Shown: positions 45,587 to 55,723, counted from the stretch's first letter. The stretch is DNA of 64,000 bases from Candidatus Omnitrophota bacterium (GCA_023819375.1 JAMWDI010000002.1:181896-245895); one strand, 5' to 3'. The notes: generated from the sequence alone by a model not told the origin. Translations and numbers: made by a program.

Positions 45587-47599
45587 TTACGTTTTTGCCT
45601 CCTTTTCTTTTTTCCTCTGTTCAATTATTTTTGATGCTATATGAGGAGGAACTTCCTCATAATGAGAAAATTCCATAGAAAAAGTTCCCTTCCCACTTGT
45701 TATTGATCTCAACTCATTAGTATAATTTAACATTTCTGCAAGTGGAACCTGGGCTTTTATTATTTGAAAATTACTGCTTGAAATCAAATCAATAACTTTT
45801 CCTCTTTTTGAATTTATCGTTCCTATTACGTCTCCAACAAATTCAGATGGAACTCTAATTTCAACGTTAACAATAGGTTCAAGTAAAATTGGATTTGCCT
45901 GACTGACTGCTTTTTGAAGTGCCATTGACCCTGCAATCTGGAAGGCGATGTCAGAAGAGTCAACAACATGATAACTACCATCATAAAGTATTACTCTTAT
46001 ATCAACTATAGGATAATTTGCAAGAACACCTTTTTTCATTGCTTCACGTACACCTTTTTCAACAGAGGGTATAAAATTTCTTGGAATTACTCCACCAACA
46101 ATTTGATCAACAAATTCAAAACCAGCACCTCTTGGCAATGGTTCAACCTTTATAAAACAATGACCATATTGTCCTCTCCCACCTGTCTGCCTCTTATATT
46201 TTCCTTCTGCAGTTGTACTTGTTGTTATTGTCTCTTTATAAGCAATTTTAGGAATTCCTCTTTCAACTTCAACTCCAAATTTATTTTTAAACTTATTCAC
46301 TGTAATATCAATGTGTAAATCTCCCATTCCTGAAATAATTGTTTCTCCTGTTTCTTCATCCCTGTAGATTCTTATTGTAAGGTCCTCTTCTGCAATTCTT
46401 CCGATAGCATTACCAAGTTTATCCTCTGTTCCTTTAATCTTTGGAGCAATAGAATAAGAAACTGCTCCTTCTGGAATATGAGGTTTTTCAAATACAACAA
46501 ATGTATTTAAATCACATATAGTATCAAATGTATTTGAATTTAATTTTGCAGCAGTTACTATTTCTCCTGGCCCAACAACATCAACAGGTTCTTGTTTTCT
46601 TCCTTGCATTCTATATATTTGCCCAACTCTTTCTTTAGTGTTCTTTGTTGCATTTAAAAATTGGTAATTTGAAGAAAATTTACCACTTAAAACTTTTATA
46701 TATGAAAGTCTTCCAGCATAAGGGTCAAAAATTGTTTTAAAAATTATTCCTGTAAATGGCTGATTTATATTTCTCTCCACATATATTTCTTGTCCATCTT
46801 GATTTTTACCTTTTATTGAAGGTAATTCTTCTGTGGAAGGAGCAAAGTTAATTAAAAAATCAACTAACTCTTCAATTCCAATTAGGTTTATTCCTGAACC
46901 AAAAAGAACTGGAAAAATTTTTCTTTCAAGAATTCCTTTTTTTAAAAATTTTGATATTTCTTTTTCAGTTAATTTCACACCTTCAAGATATTTTTCCATT
47001 ATAGCATCATCAAGTTCTGCAATAGTATCTAATGATTTCTGAATATACTCTCCAAATTCACCTACATTTTCTAAACTATCTGAAAAAATATTCTGGATTT
47101 TAATTTTTCCATCTTCAAACACAGGAAAGTTTGCAATGACTACTTTATTTCCAAAAAAAGAATAAATTTCTCCAATGATTTTTTTAATATTTACTTCTGG
47201 CAAATCTATTTTATTGATAAAGATAATAGTTGGAAGACCTTTTTTTGTTATCATCTCCCATATCTTTTCAGTTCCAACCTCAATACCTTCACTTGCTGAA
47301 ATATTCAAAATTGCAATATCTGCTGCCTCAACTCCAGAAATCTGTTCTCCTAAAAAGTCAATATAACCTGGAACATCTAATAAATAAATGAAGTTATCAT
47401 TTTTCTTAAAATAACCTACTGAAAGATTTATGCTCATTAACCTCATTTTTTCTTCTTCATCAAAATCAAAAGTAGTATTTCCCTGATTAATATCCCCCAT
47501 TCTTGAAATCATACCAGTTTTAAAAAGAATACTTTCACCAAGAATTGTTTTTCCTGATTTAGAACTGCCAAAAATACCAACTGTAAAAATTTTTCCCAT
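45587..47599 (-). CDS. Elongation factor G-like GTPase paralog (EF-G2-type, divergent G motifs)
   Basis: 670 aa with five EF-G-like domains. G1 GSSKSGKT, G3 DVPGYIDF, G4 NKID. Divergent from canonical AHIDAGKTT/DTPGHVDF. Confidence 0.75.
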   Translation of the reverse strand: MGKIFTVGIFGSSKSGKTILGESILFKTGMISRMGDINQGNTTFDFDEEEKMRLMSINLSVGYFKKNDNFIYLLDVPGYIDFLGEQISGVEAADIAILNISASEGIEVGTEKIWEMITKKGLPTIIFINKIDLPEVNIKKIIGEIYSFFGNKVVIANFPVFEDGKIKIQNIFSDSLENVGEFGEYIQKSLDTIAELDDAIMEKYLEGVKLTEKEISKFLKKGILERKIFPVLFGSGINLIGIEELVDFLINFAPSTEELPSIKGKNQDGQEIYVERNINQPFTGIIFKTIFDPYAGRLSYIKVLSGKFSSNYQFLNATKNTKERVGQIYRMQGRKQEPVDVVGPGEIVTAAKLNSNTFDTICDLNTFVVFEKPHIPEGAVSYSIAPKIKGTEDKLGNAIGRIAEEDLTIRIYRDEETGETIISGMGDLHIDITVNKFKNKFGVEVERGIPKIAYKETITTSTTAEGKYKRQTGGRGQYGHCFIKVEPLPRGAGFEFVDQIVGGVIPRNFIPSVEKGVREAMKKGVLANYPIVDIRVILYDGSYHVVDSSDIAFQIAGSMALQKAVSQANPILLEPIVNVEIRVPSEFVGDVIGTINSKRGKVIDLISSSNFQIIKAQVPLAEMLNYTNELRSITSGKGTFSMEFSHYEEVPPHIASKIIEQRKKEKEAKT

Positions 47600-47660
47600 T
47601 TTAAAATCTCCTTCCTTTTTATATTATTATACTATAAAAATTGGGAAAAATAAAAATGTC

Positions 47661-47776
47661 CCTGGCAACACCTACTCTCCCACCCGCTCTCGCAGGCAGT
47701 ACCATCGGCGTCGGGAGGCTTAACGACCGTGTTCGGGATGGGAACGGGTGTTACCCTCCCGCCATGGTTGCCAGGG
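47661..47776 (-). rRNA. rrf: 5S ribosomal RNA, stand-alone with no 16S/23S in the window
   Basis: The reverse complement CCTGGCAACCATGGCGGGAGGG...CCCATCCCGAACACGG..GTTAAGC..GGTACTG..GGGAGAGTAGGTGTTGCCAGG has all hallmark 5S blocks and a helix I closing pair. Confidence 0.85.
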
Positions 47777-47783
47777 ACTTTTA

Positions 47784-47813
47784 ATTATACCTTTAATTTT
47801 TATATTTTGTCAA
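47784..47813 (-). promoter_or_regulatory. Sigma70 consensus promoter driving the 5S gene
   Basis: On the minus strand: TTGACA at 47813-47808, an 18-nt spacer, TATAAT at 47789-47784. The 5S 5' end lies about 7 nt downstream. Confidence 0.5.
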
Positions 47814-47877
47814 GAGATGTTTTAAAAACTCTAAGAAGTCAGGATTAAAAGATGAGAAATGATAGAAGGAATTTTAT

Positions 47878-48861
47878 TTAAAGGCAAATTTTTAAGGGAC
47901 TTACTGTATAATTACATATAACTGGATCTGGTTTATTTAATCCATTCCAGAATAAAAAGGAATAAAATTTACATCCTCCTTTACAATTTTTTTCACAGAT
48001 AAAACATTCAGGAGGTGAATAATTTATAAATTTATTTTCTTCTATCCTTAACAAAATTTTCTCAATCTCTTCTTCAAAAATATTACCCAAATAAAATTCT
48101 TTATTATATCTAAAATGACCACACGGGACAACATTTCCATCAATTAAAATTGAGATTTGATTTTTGCCAGCCGAACATTCTTTTCCACTTATTGAATCTT
48201 CAACTATAAAATCAATTTCTTTAGAATAATGGTTTATTTTTTCATTTATAAACCTCAAAACAGTTTTCCATTCTTTTACATTCATATCTAACTTCTCTTC
48301 ATTTATTTTCCCTCTTCCAACAGGAATAAATCTATCTACATAAATTTTATTTACCCCAAGTTTTTTCGCTAAATTAATGTAATCTTCAAAATCCTTCCAG
48401 TTTAATTTATTAACAACAAATAGAAGAACTACATCAAAAGAATTTTCAATCAATCTATTAATTCCATCTATCGTTTTTTTGTAATTCCCATTGCCTCTGA
48501 TTAAATCATTTATTTCAGGATCTGAACCGTCAAGAGAAACACCAACTTTTACAAAAGGATTTGCTTCTTTAAGTTTTTTAATAATTTCTTTTGTTATTAG
48601 AGTTCCATTTGTGTTGACCATAGTATTTAGATCTATTCTCTTTGCAAATTCTAACATTTCAAAAATATATGGATATAAAAATGGTTCTCCACCAATAATG
48701 TCAAAAATACAAATATTCAACTTTTTTAATTTCAACATTAAATTTTTGACTAATTCCAAATCCATATTCATTCCTTTTTCTCCACTGTGGTTGTAGCAAT
48801 GTTTACACCTTAAATTACACAATGTTGTTATTTCAATATCAACCAAAAAAGGAGTCCTCAT
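47878..48861 (-). CDS. Radical SAM protein with C-terminal SPASM/twitch Cys cluster
   Basis: CNLRCKHCYN CxxxCxxC motif. C-terminal Cys-rich region (CGHF...CFICEKNCKGGCKF). 327 aa. AAGGAG RBS. Confidence 0.8.
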   Translation of the reverse strand: MRTPFLVDIEITTLCNLRCKHCYNHSGEKGMNMDLELVKNLMLKLKKLNICIFDIIGGEPFLYPYIFEMLEFAKRIDLNTMVNTNGTLITKEIIKKLKEANPFVKVGVSLDGSDPEINDLIRGNGNYKKTIDGINRLIENSFDVVLLFVVNKLNWKDFEDYINLAKKLGVNKIYVDRFIPVGRGKINEEKLDMNVKEWKTVLRFINEKINHYSKEIDFIVEDSISGKECSAGKNQISILIDGNVVPCGHFRYNKEFYLGNIFEEEIEKILLRIEENKFINYSPPECFICEKNCKGGCKFYSFLFWNGLNKPDPVICNYTVSPLKICL

Positions 48862-49003
48862 AAAAACTCCTTTTTTACAACAAGTAGATTTTTAAAAAGA
48901 TTTTAGTAAAAATTTGGTTTTTTATAATTATAATACCCGTTTATGTTAAGGAATGTAAATATTTGAAAGGTAATAAAAGAACTTTACAATGACCTTTTAA
49001 TTT

Positions 49004-50137
49004 CTAAAATCCTGTTTCTGCTTCTATCTTTTTCTTCATTTCTTCGGAAAACATTTTAAGTATTCCCAATTCTTTTGTAGGATTATATTTCAAAACAATT
49101 GAAGTAATATTCCCTTCCCAAATCCACTCTTCTTCATTTTTCTTTACTCCTTCCCCAAACATTTCAAAAGTAGCCTCTTTCAAATTTTCAAAATTTTCTT
49201 TTCCTTTAACTTCAATAGATATACTTTCAAGTCGGTCTTTATAAAAAGAATATAAAATTTTTTCAAGTTTTGCCTTCTTAATTTGTAAAACATCATCTAC
49301 CTTTATACATTCTTTATAATTCCCTTCTGATTTAATAATTTTTAAATTTCCAACAGAAGAAATAAGTGTTCCCCATTTTATTCCTCTAAAACCTTCTGGT
49401 TCATTTTTATACCCTTTTTTACTTTTTTCCTCTCCATATCTATAATACTCTTCTGGAACTAATCTACTAATTTCCCTAACTGCATTGTCAATCATTATTC
49501 TAACCGCTTCCTCTGTCGGTGTATTTTTATATTTTTCAAAACCACCTCCAAGAATAATACCTCCTGCATAACCTCCACCAACTACACCTGTTTTTGTCTT
49601 TGATGCTTTACCTTCTACAGTTGTTGAATTTATTACTCTTCTTGTTCTTACATCAATTAACCTTATGGTCGCCTGAATATATGCTTCTTCTTTCTTTACA
49701 GCAATACCCCCTCCAAAAGGAAGAGGAATTATTACACCACCCCCAGCAGTTCCTTCTGCATGTGGTTCAAACCCTGTTATTGCTCCTACAACTATTATAT
49801 CAGCAGTCTCAAATGTTCCTTTTGCTGGTCCTTTTTGACTCCAACCAGTTTCTTTAAAAGCAAATTCCTCTTCAAGATCTTTTAATGTTTCTCCCTTTTC
49901 AAGAACTATAAATTTTCCCACTTTAAAAAGAGCATCAATAAGCATATCTCTAATTCCTTCTCCCATCTCCCATGTAGCCTTGGGAGATTTTACGTCAAAT
50001 CTTGCAACTGCTATTCTTGCTTTCGGTCCTTCATATTTTAAAACTTCTCCAATAGTAGGACCACCTGTTTTCACTTCTGTCTTTACTTGAGAAAACAAAG
50101 GAAAAGTTAAAAATATAAAAATTAAAAATTTTTTCAT
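49004..50137 (-). CDS. CsgG/HfaB-family lipoprotein (putative outer-membrane secretion channel component)
   Basis: Start at the Met at 50137 (MKKFLIFIFLTFPLFS signal). ARIAVARFDVKS...GIRDMLIDALFKVGKFIVLE matches the CsgG family N-terminal motif. Confidence 0.55.
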   Translation of the reverse strand: MKKFLIFIFLTFPLFSQVKTEVKTGGPTIGEVLKYEGPKARIAVARFDVKSPKATWEMGEGIRDMLIDALFKVGKFIVLEKGETLKDLEEEFAFKETGWSQKGPAKGTFETADIIVVGAITGFEPHAEGTAGGGVIIPLPFGGGIAVKKEEAYIQATIRLIDVRTRRVINSTTVEGKASKTKTGVVGGGYAGGIILGGGFEKYKNTPTEEAVRIMIDNAVREISRLVPEEYYRYGEEKSKKGYKNEPEGFRGIKWGTLISSVGNLKIIKSEGNYKECIKVDDVLQIKKAKLEKILYSFYKDRLESISIEVKGKENFENLKEATFEMFGEGVKKNEEEWIWEGNITSIVLKYNPTKELGILKMFSEEMKKKIEAETGF

Positions 50138-50202
50138 TTTACCCCCTTTTTCAATCACAATTTTAGTTTATAAAATTCTTTTTTAAATGTCAACTTTATA
50201 AA

Positions 50203-51282
50203 TCAAATAACTTCTGATATAAAACCTCCTCCAATTGTTTCGTCATTTTTATAAAAAACTACTGCTTGTCCTGGAGTAGGTGCTCTCTGGGGTTTTTCAA
50301 ATGTAACAATTATTTTATTATCTTTAATTGATTTTATAATCGCCTTGGCTGGTGTATGTTTATATCTTATCTTTGCCTCTACTTCCATTTCTCCTTCAAG
50401 TTTTTCAAACGATATAAAATTAACTTTTTCTGCAATAAGTTGTTTTTTATATAAATCCTCTTCTGTCCCAACAATAATCTTATTTTCTTTTTCATCTATA
50501 GAAATAACATACAGAGGTTCACCTTTTGCAATTCCAAGACCTTTTCTTTGTCCAATTGTATAATATATTATCCCTTTATGTCTCCCAAGGACTCTTCCAT
50601 TTTTATCTACAATCTCTCCTTCTTTTGTAATTCCATTAAAAAGAAAAAATCTATCCCCTTTAATAAAATCCTGACTCTCTGCCTTATCTACCATTGGAAA
50701 ATTATATTTCCTGCCTATTTCTCTAACTTTATCCTTTGTATATGTTCCAAGTGGAAAAATAATTTTTGACAGTTGTTCTTGAGTTAAAAGAAATAAAAAA
50801 TAACTTTGATCTTTTTCTTTGTCTAATCCTTTTTTCAAAATATATCTTCTTCTATTCTCATCATATTCAACTCTTGCATAATGACCAGTAGCAAAAAAAT
50901 TAAACTCAATTCCCAATGATAATGCCTTTTTTATTAAAATATCAAATTTCAAAAATCTATTACATATTACACATGGATTAGGAGTTTTTCCTTTCAAATA
51001 TTCTTCTTTAAAATAATTTAGGACAATTTCCTTGTACTCATTTTTTAAATCTACAACATATAAAGGAATTCCTAAAATTTTACAAACTTTTTTTACATCT
51101 TCAAGATCCTTTTCTTCCGGTCCATAACATCCTCCAGATGCCAAAAATATGTTTTTATCTTTCTCATCAAATATTTTCATAAAAACACCCATAACATCAT
51201 ATCCTTTTTCCTTTAAAAGAAGTGCACTTACAGAAGAATCAATACCACCTGATAAACCAACTAGAACTTTTGTTTTTCTCAT
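50203..51282 (-). CDS. mnmA: tRNA-specific 2-thiouridylase MnmA
   Basis: PP-loop SGGIDSS motif and overall MnmA architecture. 359 aa. Confidence 0.9.
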   Translation of the reverse strand: MRKTKVLVGLSGGIDSSVSALLLKEKGYDVMGVFMKIFDEKDKNIFLASGGCYGPEEKDLEDVKKVCKILGIPLYVVDLKNEYKEIVLNYFKEEYLKGKTPNPCVICNRFLKFDILIKKALSLGIEFNFFATGHYARVEYDENRRRYILKKGLDKEKDQSYFLFLLTQEQLSKIIFPLGTYTKDKVREIGRKYNFPMVDKAESQDFIKGDRFFLFNGITKEGEIVDKNGRVLGRHKGIIYYTIGQRKGLGIAKGEPLYVISIDEKENKIIVGTEEDLYKKQLIAEKVNFISFEKLEGEMEVEAKIRYKHTPAKAIIKSIKDNKIIVTFEKPQRAPTPGQAVVFYKNDETIGGGFISEVI

Positions 51283-51286
51283 TATT

Positions 51287-52333
51287 TTATGGTGTAATAA
51301 TTACTCCTAAACATTCTTCAGGATGTTCAATAAGTTTTTCACAGGCATATGAAATTTCAGTAAGAGGAAATTTATGAGTAATAAGTGATTTAACATTTAA
51401 TCTTCTTTCTTTTATTAAAATCAATATTTCTTCAAGATTCCTTTTTGTATTCCATTGAACAAAAACTTCTGGGTAATCTTTCCCGTACTCCCAATTTTCA
51501 TCATGATAACCTGGCCCTGTTCTTGAAGAAGGATAAATATTTATATTACCAAGAAAGGTTGGGAACGATATATTTAACTTAACGCCCCCAATAATTACAA
51601 TTTTACCCATTTTATGAGTATCTGGGGCTGTTTTCATGGTTTCAACAAGCAATTCAAATGTCTTTGTTCCTTCTCCACCAAAACATATAAATCCAGTATC
51701 TATCCCATAATTCCTTGAAAATTTTTTTGTTTTTTCAACTACATTTTCTTTTTCTATATTTACAACCTCATCTGCTCCATTTTCTTTTGCTTTTTTCAAT
51801 CTCAAATCATATCTATCCCAACCAATTACATGACATCCAGATATTTTGGAAAGTTGACAAATTAATTGCCCTATAATCCCAAGTCCAACTACTGCAACAT
51901 TTTCTCCTATTTCAAGTTTACCTCTTCTTATTCCCCATAAAGATGTTGCTCCTAAATGACAAAAACTTCCTTCTTCAAAACTTAATTCTTCGGGCAAATG
52001 AACACATAAATTTTGAGGAATACAGGCATAATTAGCATGTAAAGCATAATTTGCTCCCATACAGGCAACTCTATCTCCAATTTTAAAATTCTTACAACCC
52101 TTTCCAACTTCAATTACAACTCCTGAATTGGAATAACCAAAAGGCTTTTTTTCAAATTTTGTAGGATTTGGGTTTTTTCTTAACCATCTAATATTTCCTA
52201 TTTCAGTTCCAGAACTTATCAAACTTGCATAAACTTTCACAAGAATTTCTCCATCTTTTAATTTTGGAATTGGTTCTTCTTCTATAAATACTTCTCCTTT
52301 ATAGTTATAAAAAGCGCATATTCTTTTTTCCAT
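51287..52333 (-). CDS. Zinc-binding medium-chain alcohol/polyol dehydrogenase family protein
   Basis: GroES-like N-terminus with a Zn ligand pattern, and a Rossmann GLGIIGQL motif. Confidence 0.7.
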   Translation of the reverse strand: MEKRICAFYNYKGEVFIEEEPIPKLKDGEILVKVYASLISSGTEIGNIRWLRKNPNPTKFEKKPFGYSNSGVVIEVGKGCKNFKIGDRVACMGANYALHANYACIPQNLCVHLPEELSFEEGSFCHLGATSLWGIRRGKLEIGENVAVVGLGIIGQLICQLSKISGCHVIGWDRYDLRLKKAKENGADEVVNIEKENVVEKTKKFSRNYGIDTGFICFGGEGTKTFELLVETMKTAPDTHKMGKIVIIGGVKLNISFPTFLGNINIYPSSRTGPGYHDENWEYGKDYPEVFVQWNTKRNLEEILILIKERRLNVKSLITHKFPLTEISYACEKLIEHPEECLGVIITP

Positions 52334-52759
52334 TGGAAAAAACCTCCTTTGTTTTTAAAGTAAAATGATTCTCTTTAATAATTATAACCCCTCTATGCCT
52401 GCAAAAAATAAACTGACTCTTTTGACATACTTTCTATCCTGTCTCGCCGATTAACTTTAAAATTTTTTTCTAACACACGAAAAAAACTTGACAATTAAAA
52501 AAACATTAAAATGTCAGCCAACATAATGGTAGTTGTCAAAAGTTCAATACCAAACAGCAAATAGGTTCCAAGCATTAAAACTGACATCTTTTGTTTTTTA
52601 CCTTTTTGGTATATATTGTTCCTGTTAACACCATTATAAAAGAACAAGAAGAACAAAATATTGCAAGTAATTGTAAAATCCCCCTATATCTATCCTTGAA
52701 ATTTTAAATAACCATTTCATAACAACAAATAAAGTAAAAAGAGATTTAAAATTCCTTTT

Positions 52760-53806
52760 TTATATACTGCCAAGAAATCTTAAAATATCAAAGAATATAA
52801 CAAGAAATCCTATCCCTCCAACTATGCTACTGTAAATAACAATTATAAATTTCAAATCTGGTTTATATACCTTTGTTGGAACTTTAGCTCTATCAAGAAC
52901 TTGCACAACAGGAGTATCTCTTGTTTCTTCTATTTTGGCTTCTTCTATTTTAGAGGTAAGAAAACTGTAAAGTGATTCTTGAACTTTTAATTCTCTTAAA
53001 ATTCTTGTTAATTCATCCTGACAACTCAATAATTTTTGTAAAGAATCTTGAATTTCCTTAATTTCATTTTTCAACATTATTATTTTAGGATCATTATCAT
53101 TTAATATTTGTTTTTCTTTCTCAAGTTCAAGTTGTTTATTTATAAGTTTTTCCATCAATCTCCCTCCAGTCTCTGATATTTGAGTTAAACTGGGATCTAC
53201 AACAAGTTTGTTTGTATTTTGCAACTCTGTCAATCTCTTTTCAAGTTGCTCAATAAGTTCTGTTGTTTCTTTAAGCCTCTTTTCAATAAATATTCTATTT
53301 TGTTTTGCAGTTGTTATTGTCAATTCTTTTATTATTTTGTCAAGATTTTCAGTAAAAAAATTAGCAATTCCTGCCGCAATCTCCGGATTTCTATCAACAA
53401 CATCTATCTGAATGACTTTATCCTTGGTCAAGTAAATTTTTACAAGTTTATCAAGAATTTCTATTGCTTCATCATCTGTAGAAACATGGTAATGCTTTTT
53501 GAGATCAAAGTTTTTTATTAGATCATCCTTCATTCTTCTACTATTTAAAATAGAAAAGAAAAGTTCTGTATTTGTTCTTATAAGAGATATCGGTTCTTTT
53601 GAAAATTTTGTTGATTGTGGAGAACTTGCAATTTCTGTCTCTGGGGGTTGTAATATTGAAGCAGTAGCTTTATAGTATTTTGGAGCAATTAAATAAAAAA
53701 GAATTGTAATATTTAAACCAGCAATGTAAGTAAGGATGAATAAAACTATGTGTTTTTTAATAAAATTTCCTTTCAGTATCCCATTTTTTATTTTTTCTTT
53801 ATTCAT
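52760..53806 (-). CDS. Polysaccharide chain-length determinant (Wzz/GumC-like) protein
   Basis: N- and C-terminal TM helices flank a long coiled-coil periplasmic region. Adjacent to a Wza-like exporter. Confidence 0.55.
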   Translation of the reverse strand: MNKEKIKNGILKGNFIKKHIVLFILTYIAGLNITILFYLIAPKYYKATASILQPPETEIASSPQSTKFSKEPISLIRTNTELFFSILNSRRMKDDLIKNFDLKKHYHVSTDDEAIEILDKLVKIYLTKDKVIQIDVVDRNPEIAAGIANFFTENLDKIIKELTITTAKQNRIFIEKRLKETTELIEQLEKRLTELQNTNKLVVDPSLTQISETGGRLMEKLINKQLELEKEKQILNDNDPKIIMLKNEIKEIQDSLQKLLSCQDELTRILRELKVQESLYSFLTSKIEEAKIEETRDTPVVQVLDRAKVPTKVYKPDLKFIIVIYSSIVGGIGFLVIFFDILRFLGSI

Positions 53807-55641
53807 TTTATAAGAACTCCAACTCCAACTGCTATTTGGTAAAACATTTGAACAATATCTCTTACAACTTTAGGTGTTCTTTCCTTTGGTTCAAATGGAA
53901 CTACGATTGTATCTCCTGGTTCAATTTTCTCAAAATTTCTATCACTTGTTCCATCAACTCTTACAATAAATATATTCTTTTTATCTGCATCCTTCGTAAA
54001 TCCACCTGTTTTAGAAATATAATCCTTTATTGTTAAATTTTCATCATAAAGAATATTTGCCGGATTATTTACTTCACCAAAAACAGATACATAAACTGGT
54101 TTTTTGGGTATATAAATTATATCTCCGTCTTCCAGAGGTATATCATATAATCCATTTTCAAATTTTTCAAAATTCTCCATTTTTATAACAATTCTTCCAG
54201 AAGGTTTTAAACTTGCTATTTTCTCAAGTGAAATCATTGCCTTTTCTATCAATTGTTTTTCTTCTTCTGTCGAAGTTTTTAAAATTGTCTCAAGTAAGTT
54301 TCTTTTTTCTTTAACAAATTTTTCAATTTCCTCTTCTTTTTGTTTTTTTATGCTTTCCCTTAAAAAAATTATTCCTTTTGGATAAGCAAATGGAGAAAAA
54401 CCTCCTGCTCTTTTAATAATACTACTTAACTTTTCACCGCTTCCAATTATATATTCTCCAGGGAATTTCACTTCTCCCTGAATAACAACCTTTTTTTCTG
54501 GCTTTTCCTTTGAATATATGACAATCTTATCCTGAGGCAATAAATAAAAATCCTCTGAGGCAATCCCAGAAAAAACTTTTTCTGGTGAGAATTTTATAAT
54601 TTCTCTAAATCCTTCTTTTATTCGTATAACTTCTCCCACTTCTTTTTCTGCAAATGGTAATAAATCTTCTTTTTTTAAAACATCACTTATTTTCATTCCC
54701 TCTCTCCAGCCATATATTTTAGGAACCTTTACTGCTCCTGTAATATAAACCTGATAAAAAGAATAAGAACTTAAAACTGGAACTTTAAGTACATCATAAT
54801 TTTTAAGTTGAAAATTATCAAATTCTTCATTTTTCACTTCTATTAAAATCTTCCCTTTTTCTTTATCAATCCTTTCAATCTGAATATAAGACATATCTGC
54901 ATTTGGTAAAAATCCTCCTGAAAGTTCAATTATTTCTTTTATTTTCATTTCCTTTAATTCATAAATTGCTGGTCTTTTAACAGGACCTACGATTCCAACA
55001 ATATCTTTCACAGGATGAACAAATATTATATCTCCTTCCTGAAATTGAAAAATTTTTATTTTTTCTCCTTTTAAAATTAAAGGATAAATATCAATAAGTT
55101 CTTTTTCACCATTGTGATGAATTATTTCTATCTGCCTTAAACTGCCATTTACAGTGATACCACCTGCCATTGAAAGTATATCTATAATATTAAAAAGTGG
55201 CAAAATTTCATACATACCAGGCTTTTTTACCTCACCTAAAATAAAAACACTTATTGTTCTCATTTTTCCACAGGAAACAGAAACATTTATATTTTTATAC
55301 TTTTTGTAAAATTTATCACTTATTATTTTCTTAACTTCTCCTAATTTACGTCCAGCAACATAAACTTTACCAATTCCAGAAATAAAAATACTTCCATCAA
55401 TTTCTACTTCTTTTTGTAAATCCTCTTCCCAAAATCCCCAAACGTTTATAATAATTAGGTCTCCAGGACCAATAATATAATCATCACTTATAGGTAATTT
55501 TAAGGTTTTAAAGGTAGGAATATAGTTTTCAAAAAATTCTAATCCAAATAACTTCAAATCAGGATATTCTGGAAATATACTTGCAGTTAAAACCTTAATT
55601 AAAAATATTAAAAAAACAGAGAAATATTTAATTTTTCCCAT
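53803..55641 (-). CDS. Polysaccharide export protein (Wza-like, multiple SLBB domains)
   Basis: Poly_export N-terminal motif (IGPGDLIIINVWG...) and repeated soluble-ligand-binding beta-grasp (SLBB) modules. 612 aa. Confidence 0.75.
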   Translation of the reverse strand: MGKIKYFSVFLIFLIKVLTASIFPEYPDLKLFGLEFFENYIPTFKTLKLPISDDYIIGPGDLIIINVWGFWEEDLQKEVEIDGSIFISGIGKVYVAGRKLGEVKKIISDKFYKKYKNINVSVSCGKMRTISVFILGEVKKPGMYEILPLFNIIDILSMAGGITVNGSLRQIEIIHHNGEKELIDIYPLILKGEKIKIFQFQEGDIIFVHPVKDIVGIVGPVKRPAIYELKEMKIKEIIELSGGFLPNADMSYIQIERIDKEKGKILIEVKNEEFDNFQLKNYDVLKVPVLSSYSFYQVYITGAVKVPKIYGWREGMKISDVLKKEDLLPFAEKEVGEVIRIKEGFREIIKFSPEKVFSGIASEDFYLLPQDKIVIYSKEKPEKKVVIQGEVKFPGEYIIGSGEKLSSIIKRAGGFSPFAYPKGIIFLRESIKKQKEEEIEKFVKEKRNLLETILKTSTEEEKQLIEKAMISLEKIASLKPSGRIVIKMENFEKFENGLYDIPLEDGDIIYIPKKPVYVSVFGEVNNPANILYDENLTIKDYISKTGGFTKDADKKNIFIVRVDGTSDRNFEKIEPGDTIVVPFEPKERTPKVVRDIVQMFYQIAVGVGVLIK

Positions 55642-55684
55642 AGGTAATAAGTTAACATACTATTTTCAATTTTGCAATTAACTA

Positions 55685-55713
55685 TTGACATTATTATAAT
55701 TTTTTCGTATAAT
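55685..55713 (+). promoter_or_regulatory. Sigma70 perfect-consensus promoter for tRNA-Ala
   Basis: TTGACA at 55685-55690, a 17-nt spacer, TATAAT at 55708-55713. The tRNA begins 10 nt downstream. Confidence 0.6.
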
Positions 55714-55723
55714 ATTTCAAGTT

